A program made the position numbers and the translations under genes. A stretch of DNA of 64,000 nt from a virus (Duplodnaviria > Caudoviricetes): positions 14,508-78,507 of IMG/VR virus record IMGVR_UViG_3300032321_001056; one strand, given 5' to 3'. Below the pieces are notes generated by a model. It did no database searches and was not told the DNA's origin. It worked only from the letters and a program-made list of their open reading frames with translations. This document shows, piece after piece, positions 54,902-62,940 of this stretch (the stretch's first letter is position 1; every line of letters begins with the position of its first letter).

Positions 54902-56470
54902 TTAGAAAGTACCACCATCAATTGTAGCAGTGTTCGCAGCAAGTGCTGCGAGCTGAGCGCTATAGGCTTGAACATTTGAACCAATTGCAAGACCTAATGC
55001 AGTTCTTGCATCGCCAGCAGTTGTTGAACCAGTACCACCATAAGCGATACCGATAGCTGTTCCTTGCCATACACCAGTACCAATTGTGCCAACCGTTGTA
55101 AGGCTTGATGTGATAACACTTGAAGCAAGTGTTGTGTTTGAAAGCACAGCCGAGCCACCAATGTAGAATGACTTACCAGTGACAATATTGAAATGCTCAG
55201 AGGATGTCCAGGCATCAGTTGCATCAACCCAATTAAGTGTCTTATCTGTTGCACCCTTGATTGTAAACCCAGCACCATCTGCTGTTATGTCCGTTGGTGA
55301 TCCAACATTGGCAAGAACAATGTTCTTATCTTCAACAACAAGCGTTGCTGTATTAAGAGTTGTTGTATTGCCTTGAACTGTTAAATCTCCAGAAACCGTA
55401 AGGTTGTTTGAAATGGTAACATTAGCTGGAAGGCTAAGTGTCACTGCACCAACACCAGAGTTTGATACTGCAATTTCATTTGCTGTTCCTGTCAAACCAG
55501 TTACAAGGTTTGTAGCCTTATCACTGATTTGTGAGGCAGTGATTGAAATTGTTGAGTTAGCAGCAGCTGTCAAACGACCCTGCGCATCAACTGTAAATGT
55601 TCCAACAGTACCCGCACCGCCATAACCACCAGCAGTAACAGCAGTATTGTCAAGATCAAGTGTGACCTTATCTGTTGCACCACCCGCAGTTGCTGTTAGA
55701 CCAGTACCGCCAGAGATTGTTAGCGTGTCCCCTGCGGTAATTGTCTGACTACTCCCAACATCACCAGCAAGTGTAAACGATTGGTTTGCTACCGAAAAGT
55801 TAACTTTTGTATTAGCATCATCATATGTAACTGTAATTCCAGATTGCGTGCCATTAGTTACCAGTGTTCCAAAAGCATCTTGTGCAACTTCTGCGAAATC
55901 AGAAACCGCTGCTGCTGTAATTGAGATTGATGTAGACACTGCATTAGACAAGCGACCTTGAGCATCAACAGTGAATGTTCCAACTGCAGATGCATTACCA
56001 TATGTAGCAGCCGTAACTGCGGTATTATCAAGATTAATTGTCAATGTGTCAGTTGCGCTTGCAACGGATGAAAGACCAACTCCACCAGAAATAGTGAGTG
56101 TGTCACTTAAACTTACTGTTTGGTTTGAACCGCTATCTCCAGCGACTGTAATTGAACCAGACACTCCAGCAACAGACTGGTCAACATAAAGCTTAGTAGC
56201 CGCATGAGTGTTTGCGGTTGGGGTTGGAACAATTACTGTGCCAGTAAATGTTTTATTACCAGAAATTGTTTGCTCACCTGTCAGTGTGGTAAATGCACCA
56301 ATACCGCCGATTACTTCAATAGTAGTTGCAGTTCCACCTGCACCACCAGTTCCCTTACCGTAGTAAAGAATATTATCTACTTCGTTAAATGCTAATTCTG
56401 CATTCTCCAAACTTGCAGGTGCGCCAGCATTGCCAGTCGCCCTTCTTTTGATTCTCAGCGTATTCGCCAT
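54902..56470 (-). CDS. fibre-like virion protein with internal ~80-aa duplication
   Basis: MANTLRIKRR...PASLENAELAFN; two AGD.GS.QT...DTLTISGG...LDNTAVTA..YG...VGTFTVDAQGRL repeats; ends IDGGTF. Confidence 0.75.
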   Translation of the reverse strand: MANTLRIKRRATGNAGAPASLENAELAFNEVDNILYYGKGTGGAGGTATTIEVIGGIGAFTTLTGEQTISGNKTFTGTVIVPTPTANTHAATKLYVDQSVAGVSGSITVAGDSGSNQTVSLSDTLTISGGVGLSSVASATDTLTINLDNTAVTAATYGNASAVGTFTVDAQGRLSNAVSTSISITAAAVSDFAEVAQDAFGTLVTNGTQSGITVTYDDANTKVNFSVANQSFTLAGDVGSSQTITAGDTLTISGGTGLTATAGGATDKVTLDLDNTAVTAGGYGGAGTVGTFTVDAQGRLTAAANSTISITASQISDKATNLVTGLTGTANEIAVSNSGVGAVTLSLPANVTISNNLTVSGDLTVQGNTTTLNTATLVVEDKNIVLANVGSPTDITADGAGFTIKGATDKTLNWVDATDAWTSSEHFNIVTGKSFYIGGSAVLSNTTLASSVITSSLTTVGTIGTGVWQGTAIGIAYGGTGSTTAGDARTALGLAIGSNVQAYSAQLAALAANTATIDGGTF

Positions 56471-56709
56471 TAGTAATTTCCTCCATCCATTAATAGATTA
56501 GCTGCACTATGAACATGATCTGCCCTAGCAGCTAAAGCACTTACTCCAACCACACCAGCTCTTGCAATGTCAGTAACTGTTGTAGCTAAGTTTAAACTCG
56601 CTAAATTAATTGTACCACTTGATTGACTTAATACCGTAATATCTGTCGTAACTGACACATTTGACACATCAACAGTGGTTACTTGTATTGTTGTAATATC
56701 AGCTGACAC
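56470..56709 (-). CDS. small virion protein
   Basis: Ends AARADHVH...MDGGNY. Confidence 0.6.
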   Translation of the reverse strand: MSADITTIQVTTVDVSNVSVTTDITVLSQSSGTINLASLNLATTVTDIARAGVVGVSALAARADHVHSAANLLMDGGNY

Positions 56710-57037
56710 GAGTTACTTCCCCAACTACTGTTACAGTGCCAGTAATTAGTGTAGTAATAGTTGCCCCATTTGTTTCTTGAAAATCGTAAACATATGTTCC
56801 AGCAGAAATGCTTGCTGTATCTGCAGGAGTCAATGACATAACAACAATTCCATTAGCACCATTTGTAATTTGAGATGTAAAAGTAGCTGTTACTGTGTCA
56901 GAATTTCTTTTTTTTCTTATCTGTCCAGTATATGTTCTAGATGTAATGCTTACATTAGCATTAGAACTATCTTTAATACGCAATTCATGAGCGTAAGTAT
57001 CGCCCTGATAAATACTAATATCCCTAGTTGCAGCCAT
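56699..57037 (-). CDS. BppU-N-like/Ig-like virion protein
   Basis: DISIYQGDT....IKD...GQIRK...LT..DT......YVYD.Q.T. Confidence 0.6.
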   Translation of the reverse strand: MAATRDISIYQGDTYAHELRIKDSSNANVSITSRTYTGQIRKKRNSDTVTATFTSQITNGANGIVVMSLTPADTASISAGTYVYDFQETNGATITTLITGTVTVVGEVTRVS

Positions 57038-57069
57038 AATATCTCCTATAAGATATTATCAAAGATTAG

Positions 57070-57912
57070 TTATGCCAGCAATGCAGCCCAAGTTGTTTTA
57101 TCAATTTCACCAGTAACACTTAAATTTCTTGATTGTTGAAATTTCTTAACCAACTCTTCTGTCTTATTACCAAAATCACCATCTGGAGAACACTCAAATC
57201 CATGCTTGGAGAGAAGTCTTTGCGCTTCTTTTATGGAAGCACCTTTCTGCCCTTCTCTTAGCAAAGGTTTTTCCTGAGCTTTTTCTACTGCTGGCGTTGG
57301 TACAGCAGATTTTGCTTCAACATTAGCTTTCTGTTCTGCAACAGAACCAAAGGGACCGTTTGGTTTTGGATTACGAGCAACATACTCCTTCACCGCCTGA
57401 GGAACTGCATCACCACAAACATAACGAATATGCCAAGGCTCTGATGGAACTACTTCCCAACTCCAACCAAATTTTTCAACATTAGCAATTAGCCAATTAA
57501 TTCTTTTCTTGTCACTTGCATTAGCAATGTCAACTGCCAAGCCGAGGTTATGTTGCGATTTACCAGGTGTAGCGAGCATCGCCATGCCTTTCTTCAAGTA
57601 CCAAGTCTTGCCTTCAAAAGTTTTTGTTGAGCCAGTTCCTGTATTTTCAAGAGTGTAACGAGTAAGAAATCCAGCCTTTTGACTTTCATAACTGCGGTAT
57701 AGGTCTCCGCTGCTCGTTGGCTTAAGCTCAACACCGTCAGTTTTTGCAGCCTCAACCATTGCCAGCCATGCATCAGCAGCAAGGTAAAACAACTTACCGC
57801 CGCCTGGAATATCTCTCAATAAACTTGGGTGCAGTTTACCTGGTTCAATGCCCTTCAGCGCCACTGGAAGTTTTACTTCAACAATATAATCCCATTCTGT
57901 TCTCTTAGCCAT
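57070..57912 (-). CDS. endolysin: M15 (VanY-like) peptidase plus peptidoglycan-binding domain
   Basis: YRSYESQ, PGKSQHNLGLAVD, EPWH; C-terminal LREGQKG..IKEAQ.LL...DGDFG.KT...VKKFQ. Confidence 0.92.
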   Translation of the reverse strand: MAKRTEWDYIVEVKLPVALKGIEPGKLHPSLLRDIPGGGKLFYLAADAWLAMVEAAKTDGVELKPTSSGDLYRSYESQKAGFLTRYTLENTGTGSTKTFEGKTWYLKKGMAMLATPGKSQHNLGLAVDIANASDKKRINWLIANVEKFGWSWEVVPSEPWHIRYVCGDAVPQAVKEYVARNPKPNGPFGSVAEQKANVEAKSAVPTPAVEKAQEKPLLREGQKGASIKEAQRLLSKHGFECSPDGDFGNKTEELVKKFQQSRNLSVTGEIDKTTWAALLA

Positions 57913-58169
57913 TATTTAATATCTCCTTGTGAGGTTTTCTTTTTATCAACTTTAGAAAACACCTCATTAATTTCGTCTAGACTAAGTTTACCATCATCTA
58001 GGAAAGCTCGTGAGAGCCCTTCTACAACTACGGCAACTCCAGCAATGCCTGCCATAAAGCAAGCTTTCCACAAAGGGACATTAGCTATAGCGCCAGCACC
58101 GATTACACTTAAACCCGATGCAGCAAATGTAGCCAATATCCTCATAAGGATATTCTTAACTTGTGCCAT
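57912..58169 (-). CDS. putative holin
   Basis: Two TM helices, charged C-terminus, adjacent to the endolysin. Confidence 0.7.
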   Translation of the reverse strand: MAQVKNILMRILATFAASGLSVIGAGAIANVPLWKACFMAGIAGVAVVVEGLSRAFLDDGKLSLDEINEVFSKVDKKKTSQGDIK

Positions 58170-58193
58170 TTAAACCTCTAAATTAATTTGGTA

Positions 58194-58391
58194 TTACTTA
58201 GTACGACCAAATGCGCTATCATTTGGATTCAACCAACGCATAATTACTGGTGCGATAGCAGCGACACCAGCAGTAGCGATTGCCTTAGGATCATGGTTGC
58301 CTGTCATGTAGACAGCAAGCGCAGCTCCAATAAATGATCTCGCCCAAGACGAAACCATTTTCTTATTTGACTCATTCAACAAAGTAGACAA
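58194..58391 (-). CDS. putative holin (second)
   Basis: SWARSF..AALA...AAIAPVIMRWLNPND..FG; TTG start after AAGGAGGTGG. Confidence 0.7.
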   Translation of the reverse strand: MSTLLNESNKKMVSSWARSFIGAALAVYMTGNHDPKAIATAGVAAIAPVIMRWLNPNDSAFGRTK

Positions 58392-58444
58392 AAGACCACC
58401 TCCTTGCCCCAACGGGCGATAGATATATTATATCTCAGAGTTAT

Positions 58445-60808
58445 TTATTCGTCATTCTTTAGAATTTCATGCACATAATGCACAAGGATAGCAGTTAGCG
58501 TTGCAATTCCAGCAATTTTCTGCGTTGTGCCAGAAAGAGTGACATACACTACAAGACTGCCTGCAAGGGTAAACCCTAAGCCAGCAGTGATGTCCCATAC
58601 TTTTTTGCCAAAACCAAAACCATTAAACTTTCTCATTTCTTTACCCTCCCTTATATAATACTTGTATATACTATTTTTTGTAAAATCTTCATTGTCATCT
58701 TCTCCTGGACCAGCGATCTCTCCAGAGAAGCCATCTTCCGATTCCTCCTCTCTCTTGGAACGACCTTCTGTACCGCCAGATCCACCAGCGCCACCAGATC
58801 CACCACTTGAACCCCCAGTAGTTCCGCCAGATGTTGCTGGACCAACTGCTGCTATCGTTGCCATTGCAGCTGCGGCGGCAAGAACTGTCTTACGGGTGCC
58901 AACATCAATATTGGAACCTGTTGGGGTGTAGTCATCAAATCCATCTCCATAGATGTCAATTTCTTCTTCAAATGCTTCTTTAACTTCTACAGGCGCTTCT
59001 GTAAGTACGGCAGCAAGTTCTGACTTCTGTTCTTCTGTAAATTGATCTGGCTCAATTGCAGCAAAAACTTCTGTTACTTTATCAATTGGTATCTCGTCAA
59101 AGTTACCGTTTGTAATTACTGCAATTGCAGTATCTGGGTCAATAGTCTCACTACTGATTGCATCAACAATATTTTCAAGTGCGTCTGCAGAATCTACCGA
59201 CTCAATTAGATTTATGACTTCTTCTGCAGGCAAATCATTAAGAACTTCAGTAAGTTGCTCAACGGAGATATTTTCAATTACAGCCGTAACCTCTTCAGTA
59301 CTTAATTCAGATAGCACAGAAACAATCTCTTCGGCAGAAGCATTTATAATTTCTTCTACAATCGCTGCTACTTCCTCAGAAGTCACTTCTCCTGGTGTAG
59401 TGTCAACTGGTTCTGTAGTTGTAGTCACTTCTTCTGGAGTTGTAGTCACAACTTCTGGCTCGGTAGGCGCTATTTCTTCTGGCTCGCTGGTGGTCGTACT
59501 AGTTTCTTCAGGAATTGAGCTTGTGGTATCAGACGGTTCTTCTTCTACAACAGGCTCTGGATCTGGAATCACATCTGGGCTAGGCTGTGGAAATACCTCC
59601 TCAGGAGCCTCTGGGACCGTTTCTGGTGGATTTATAACCTCAGGTTGAGCAGTTGGGGGCACTATTGTATTTATAAGAACTGTGGTGGTTGTAGTTGTCA
59701 CTTCCACCTCGGTTGTAGAAGTTGACTCTGGAACTGTGCTGGTAGTGCTAGTTGTTGAAGTTGTGGTTGTTGAAGTTGTGGTTGTTGAAGTTGTTGTAGT
59801 TTGTGGAACTGTCGTAGTAGTCGTAGAAGTTGTAGTAGTAGTTGCTTCCGCAGTAGTGGTTGGAGGAAGTGTCGGAGCTGTTTCATTATTAGCCTCAACT
59901 CCACCAAATGCTGTGCATGTTCCAGATTGAGTGCAGGTCTGAGTTGTACCTGTTTCATTATCAACGAGCAAGACTGGTGAAAGTGCTGTATCATCTAGGT
60001 TAAATACAGCAAAACCAAGTTTATAAGTTCCAGAAACAGAAACTTGATATGTTGAAGTTTGCCAGCCAGTTGAGCCGTATGAGTTTGTTGAGTAATCACC
60101 AGTTCCTGGATTAGTAAAACCAAGAAGGGCATAAGGTTGTACAAAATTGTTTACAGTTATGACTGAAGTAGATGCTGTGTTTACAGCAACTAGTGATGTT
60201 ATAGAACCATCATTATATGGAATATAATCGGTTGCAATATAGTTCCATGACATTGTATAAGTTATTCCTGCAGTAAGATCAACCTCACGAGTAATCCACG
60301 CAGCATCAGTTGGATTTCCTCCACCAAATCCAGAAGCAGAAGCTTGACTTGAAAGAAGTGCGATTATTGCTGATGCCTGTGTTCCAGAAAGACCAAGCGC
60401 AGCAGTTGCTTGACTGAATGTTTGTTGACTTTTTGGTTGCAGAGCAACAGCATAGGTTCCACCTTTCGGAGAGAAGTTCCAATTTCCAGATGTTACTGCA
60501 GGTGCATAATATGGGTTTTCTGTTCCATTTGAAAGTGTTGGACTACCCATCGCTGGATGCGCACCATGACTAAACAATCTAGAGCCATTGAATATGGTTA
60601 CTCCAGTACCATTTCCATTAATTGATGCCCCAAGAGATCCTGTCTGCGACCCTCTTGACCAGCCAGTAAAGGTATTGTCTTCAAATCCCGCATTTGGAAT
60701 AGAAAGAGAAGTTGCACTTGCATATGGTGATGATACAAATGTAGATACAAAAGATATAATCAATGCAGGCAATATTGCCCAAGAACCTTTACGAAAGTTA
60801 ATTTTCAC
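58445..60808 (-). CDS. secreted, membrane-anchored mucin-like protein
   Basis: Signal peptide; globular beta domain; Thr-rich and Pro/Glu-rich stalk; acidic helical region; C-terminal hydrophobic segments. Confidence 0.8.
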   Translation of the reverse strand: MKINFRKGSWAILPALIISFVSTFVSSPYASATSLSIPNAGFEDNTFTGWSRGSQTGSLGASINGNGTGVTIFNGSRLFSHGAHPAMGSPTLSNGTENPYYAPAVTSGNWNFSPKGGTYAVALQPKSQQTFSQATAALGLSGTQASAIIALLSSQASASGFGGGNPTDAAWITREVDLTAGITYTMSWNYIATDYIPYNDGSITSLVAVNTASTSVITVNNFVQPYALLGFTNPGTGDYSTNSYGSTGWQTSTYQVSVSGTYKLGFAVFNLDDTALSPVLLVDNETGTTQTCTQSGTCTAFGGVEANNETAPTLPPTTTAEATTTTTSTTTTTVPQTTTTSTTTTSTTTTSTTSTTSTVPESTSTTEVEVTTTTTTVLINTIVPPTAQPEVINPPETVPEAPEEVFPQPSPDVIPDPEPVVEEEPSDTTSSIPEETSTTTSEPEEIAPTEPEVVTTTPEEVTTTTEPVDTTPGEVTSEEVAAIVEEIINASAEEIVSVLSELSTEEVTAVIENISVEQLTEVLNDLPAEEVINLIESVDSADALENIVDAISSETIDPDTAIAVITNGNFDEIPIDKVTEVFAAIEPDQFTEEQKSELAAVLTEAPVEVKEAFEEEIDIYGDGFDDYTPTGSNIDVGTRKTVLAAAAAMATIAAVGPATSGGTTGGSSGGSGGAGGSGGTEGRSKREEESEDGFSGEIAGPGEDDNEDFTKNSIYKYYIREGKEMRKFNGFGFGKKVWDITAGLGFTLAGSLVVYVTLSGTTQKIAGIATLTAILVHYVHEILKNDE
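59751..59795. repeat. 15-bp tandem repeat (x3) encoding the Thr/Ser run
   Basis: gttgttgaagttgtg x2 plus gttgttgaagttgtt. Confidence 0.85.
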
Positions 60809-60814
60809 ATAACA

Positions 60815-60820
60815 ATTATA
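60815..60820 (-). promoter_or_regulatory. -10 element of a putative leaderless promoter
   Basis: TATAAT 6 nt before GTG 60808. Confidence 0.6.
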
Positions 60821-60822
60821 AG

Positions 60823-61566
60823 TTAAATTTTATTTTTAACCACAATTGTTATTCCATAGAATAATGGAATATGATATACATTACAATCATTACGAAGTTT
60901 AAGATCATTATGGTATTCCCAAACTGGGGTTGCTTTAGTGTGGTTATGATAAAGAAACAGACTATCTGAAGAGTTCTGAATAATTAGAACACCTTTATCC
61001 TCAAGCCTGTCAATATAAAAATCAACTGGAACAAGGGGATTCTCCATATCTTGTGACCAGCACAGTATCATCCCAAATTTTTGATTATTAGCGCCAGACT
61101 CCATATCTTGCATAGTTATCATCTCATAATCAAACTGCGTTTTTTGACTTTGAAACATTTCATACATTGCCAGTTTTTTATTGTTCAAAAAATAAATCCT
61201 TGAACCATACATCTTCTGGAATGGCTCTAAGCGAAAGCGATCTAGACCACCAGAAACAGCTAGTACATGGTCTTTAGGTGCTATATCCATAATTGCTTGA
61301 ATCAAAAGGATTGGCATCCACTGTGCCTCGCCGTAAGATTTTGCCAAGTTAGGTCTTGGATAATGAATAACAAATTCATAATCACTTGCTCCACCAGTAG
61401 CAATGTTCCTTCTATCAACGCCTGCCTTGTTGAATAAAAAATCAGCAATCTTGACTGACTCATCGCCATCCATAGAAGTTGCATTGCTTGTGTATTCTTC
61501 CCAATTTCCATAGCCCCATTTGGAGAAATCAAAAGATAATTCTGGTTGATACAACTTATCTGTCAT
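60823..61566 (-). CDS. divergent O-methyltransferase-fold protein
   Basis: C-terminal RLEDKGVLIIQN...HIPLFYGITIVVK resembles the O-methyltransferase C-terminus; no clear GxGxG. Confidence 0.4.
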   Translation of the reverse strand: MTDKLYQPELSFDFSKWGYGNWEEYTSNATSMDGDESVKIADFLFNKAGVDRRNIATGGASDYEFVIHYPRPNLAKSYGEAQWMPILLIQAIMDIAPKDHVLAVSGGLDRFRLEPFQKMYGSRIYFLNNKKLAMYEMFQSQKTQFDYEMITMQDMESGANNQKFGMILCWSQDMENPLVPVDFYIDRLEDKGVLIIQNSSDSLFLYHNHTKATPVWEYHNDLKLRNDCNVYHIPLFYGITIVVKNKI

Positions 61567-61828
61567 TTTTAATAAACCCTGCCGCTTGAACATCAAACCA
61601 AGCTCTTCTGATGTTTCTTGTTAAAACAATGTTTTGTTTTTTAACATACTCCTGGATTTCGGGGATGCCATCTGCGTGACTATAAACATACCTATCTCTT
61701 ATCAAATTTATTGCATCATCAATTGAAATTGATTTTACTTGATCGTCAGAGAAACCCAGTATGTATAAAAACGAAGCAAGTTGACCAGATCTGTATTCCA
61801 AATCAGCGCTGGGATCATACTTGATCAT
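61556..61828 (-). CDS. hypothetical protein
   Basis: Start set at MIKYDP. Confidence 0.7.
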   Translation of the reverse strand: MIKYDPSADLEYRSGQLASFLYILGFSDDQVKSISIDDAINLIRDRYVYSHADGIPEIQEYVKKQNIVLTRNIRRAWFDVQAAGFIKNDR

Positions 61829-62000
61829 CGCCGCTCTTTTCTTTAAACATAGATACACCGTGACACATGGTTACTGGCTTTCCAGCAACATAGTAAACAC
61901 CAGTGCTAGAGTCCCACTCTATAACTTCATTATCCCAATCGGTGACATCGGTTACTGATTCACCAGTTCGGTTGCTCATATTAAATTCAATGCTGCTCAT
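61815..62000 (-). CDS. hypothetical protein
   Basis: 61-aa ORF, coupled. Confidence 0.65.
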   Translation of the reverse strand: MSSIEFNMSNRTGESVTDVTDWDNEVIEWDSSTGVYYVAGKPVTMCHGVSMFKEKSGDDQV

Positions 62001-62203
62001 AGTTTACTATACGCTCCAATCTCTGCTTTCAAAATTTCAAATCCATAATACATTGCACTTTCTAAATCATACTGATTAATAGAGTTTTCATTTATAAGTG
62101 ATACATCACAATTAAGCAAAACCCCAAGCGTATGGATAGATTTCTCTAAAAAAATTTTTGCTTCATACTTAGCTTTGTTTTCATCAAAAATTCCAAGGTT
62201 CAT
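61997..62203 (-). CDS. hypothetical protein
   Basis: 68-aa ORF. Confidence 0.7.
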   Translation of the reverse strand: MNLGIFDENKAKYEAKIFLEKSIHTLGVLLNCDVSLINENSINQYDLESAMYYGFEILKAEIGAYSKL

Positions 62204-62209
62204 GATGGA

Positions 62210-62218
62210 ATTATATCA
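62210..62218 (-). promoter_or_regulatory. extended -10 element, putative leaderless promoter
   Basis: TGATATAAT 6 nt before ATG 62203. Confidence 0.65.
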
Positions 62219-62304
62219 TAGACGCATATCAAAATTGCAATACAGAACCATTTCCATGTTTCAAGAAACCTGGGATGACATTGCACTTAGTTTGGGCAGT
62301 ATAT

Positions 62305-62928
62305 TTAAATTTTCTGAAAGTTTACTACAATTGCTGTGTCGGTATAATCTGGACTACCCCAGATGCGAACTTCTGTATACCTAAGATGTCTAATTTTCTC
62401 TTGACTAACGAGTGTTTCAAGTCTTGATTCAAAATTATCTTCTTCAAAAAGATTTTTTTTAACAGAAATAAATACACGACCACCGTTGTTAAGTAATGAT
62501 ATTAAATTAATTAAATCATCAACATTTAGGTGATTTGGAGTAAAAACACCAGAGCTTACTAGTAAATCGTATTTGTTAGTTATGTTAGGCAGATCAACTT
62601 TAATATTTAAATTAAAAATTTTATTATAAACTTCCCACTTATAAGCTGTTTCTGTCATTTTTTCAGAAAAATCAATACCGTCAATCACAACTTTTGGTCT
62701 AATTTTTGATATTTCAACTCCAAGTTTCCCAGTGCCACTCCCAATATCAAGAATATTGCCAACAACATCTGCCCACTGAGCATCAATAATTTCAGCAACT
62801 TTTCTATGCAAAATATAATTAGTTTCATCTAAAAATTTATTATAATCCAAAAGATTATTATAATAATCTTTAAGTTGATTTGCTTCATTATACGAATACG
62901 CTTCGTTACAATTTGTTGGGTGTCCCAT
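62305..62928 (-). CDS. class I SAM-dependent methyltransferase
   Basis: ILDIGSGTGKLG, IDGIDFSEKM, YDLLVSSGVF, LLNNGGRVFIS; AGGAGG RBS. Confidence 0.9.
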   Translation of the reverse strand: MGHPTNCNEAYSYNEANQLKDYYNNLLDYNKFLDETNYILHRKVAEIIDAQWADVVGNILDIGSGTGKLGVEISKIRPKVVIDGIDFSEKMTETAYKWEVYNKIFNLNIKVDLPNITNKYDLLVSSGVFTPNHLNVDDLINLISLLNNGGRVFISVKKNLFEEDNFESRLETLVSQEKIRHLRYTEVRIWGSPDYTDTAIVVNFQKI

Positions 62929-62940
62929 AGTGCCTCCTGT

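Noticed and set aside
62220-62300. 28-codon GTG ORF between the methyltransferase and the 62203 gene
   Set aside because: No RBS, and it overlaps the promoter of the next gene; more likely intergenic.
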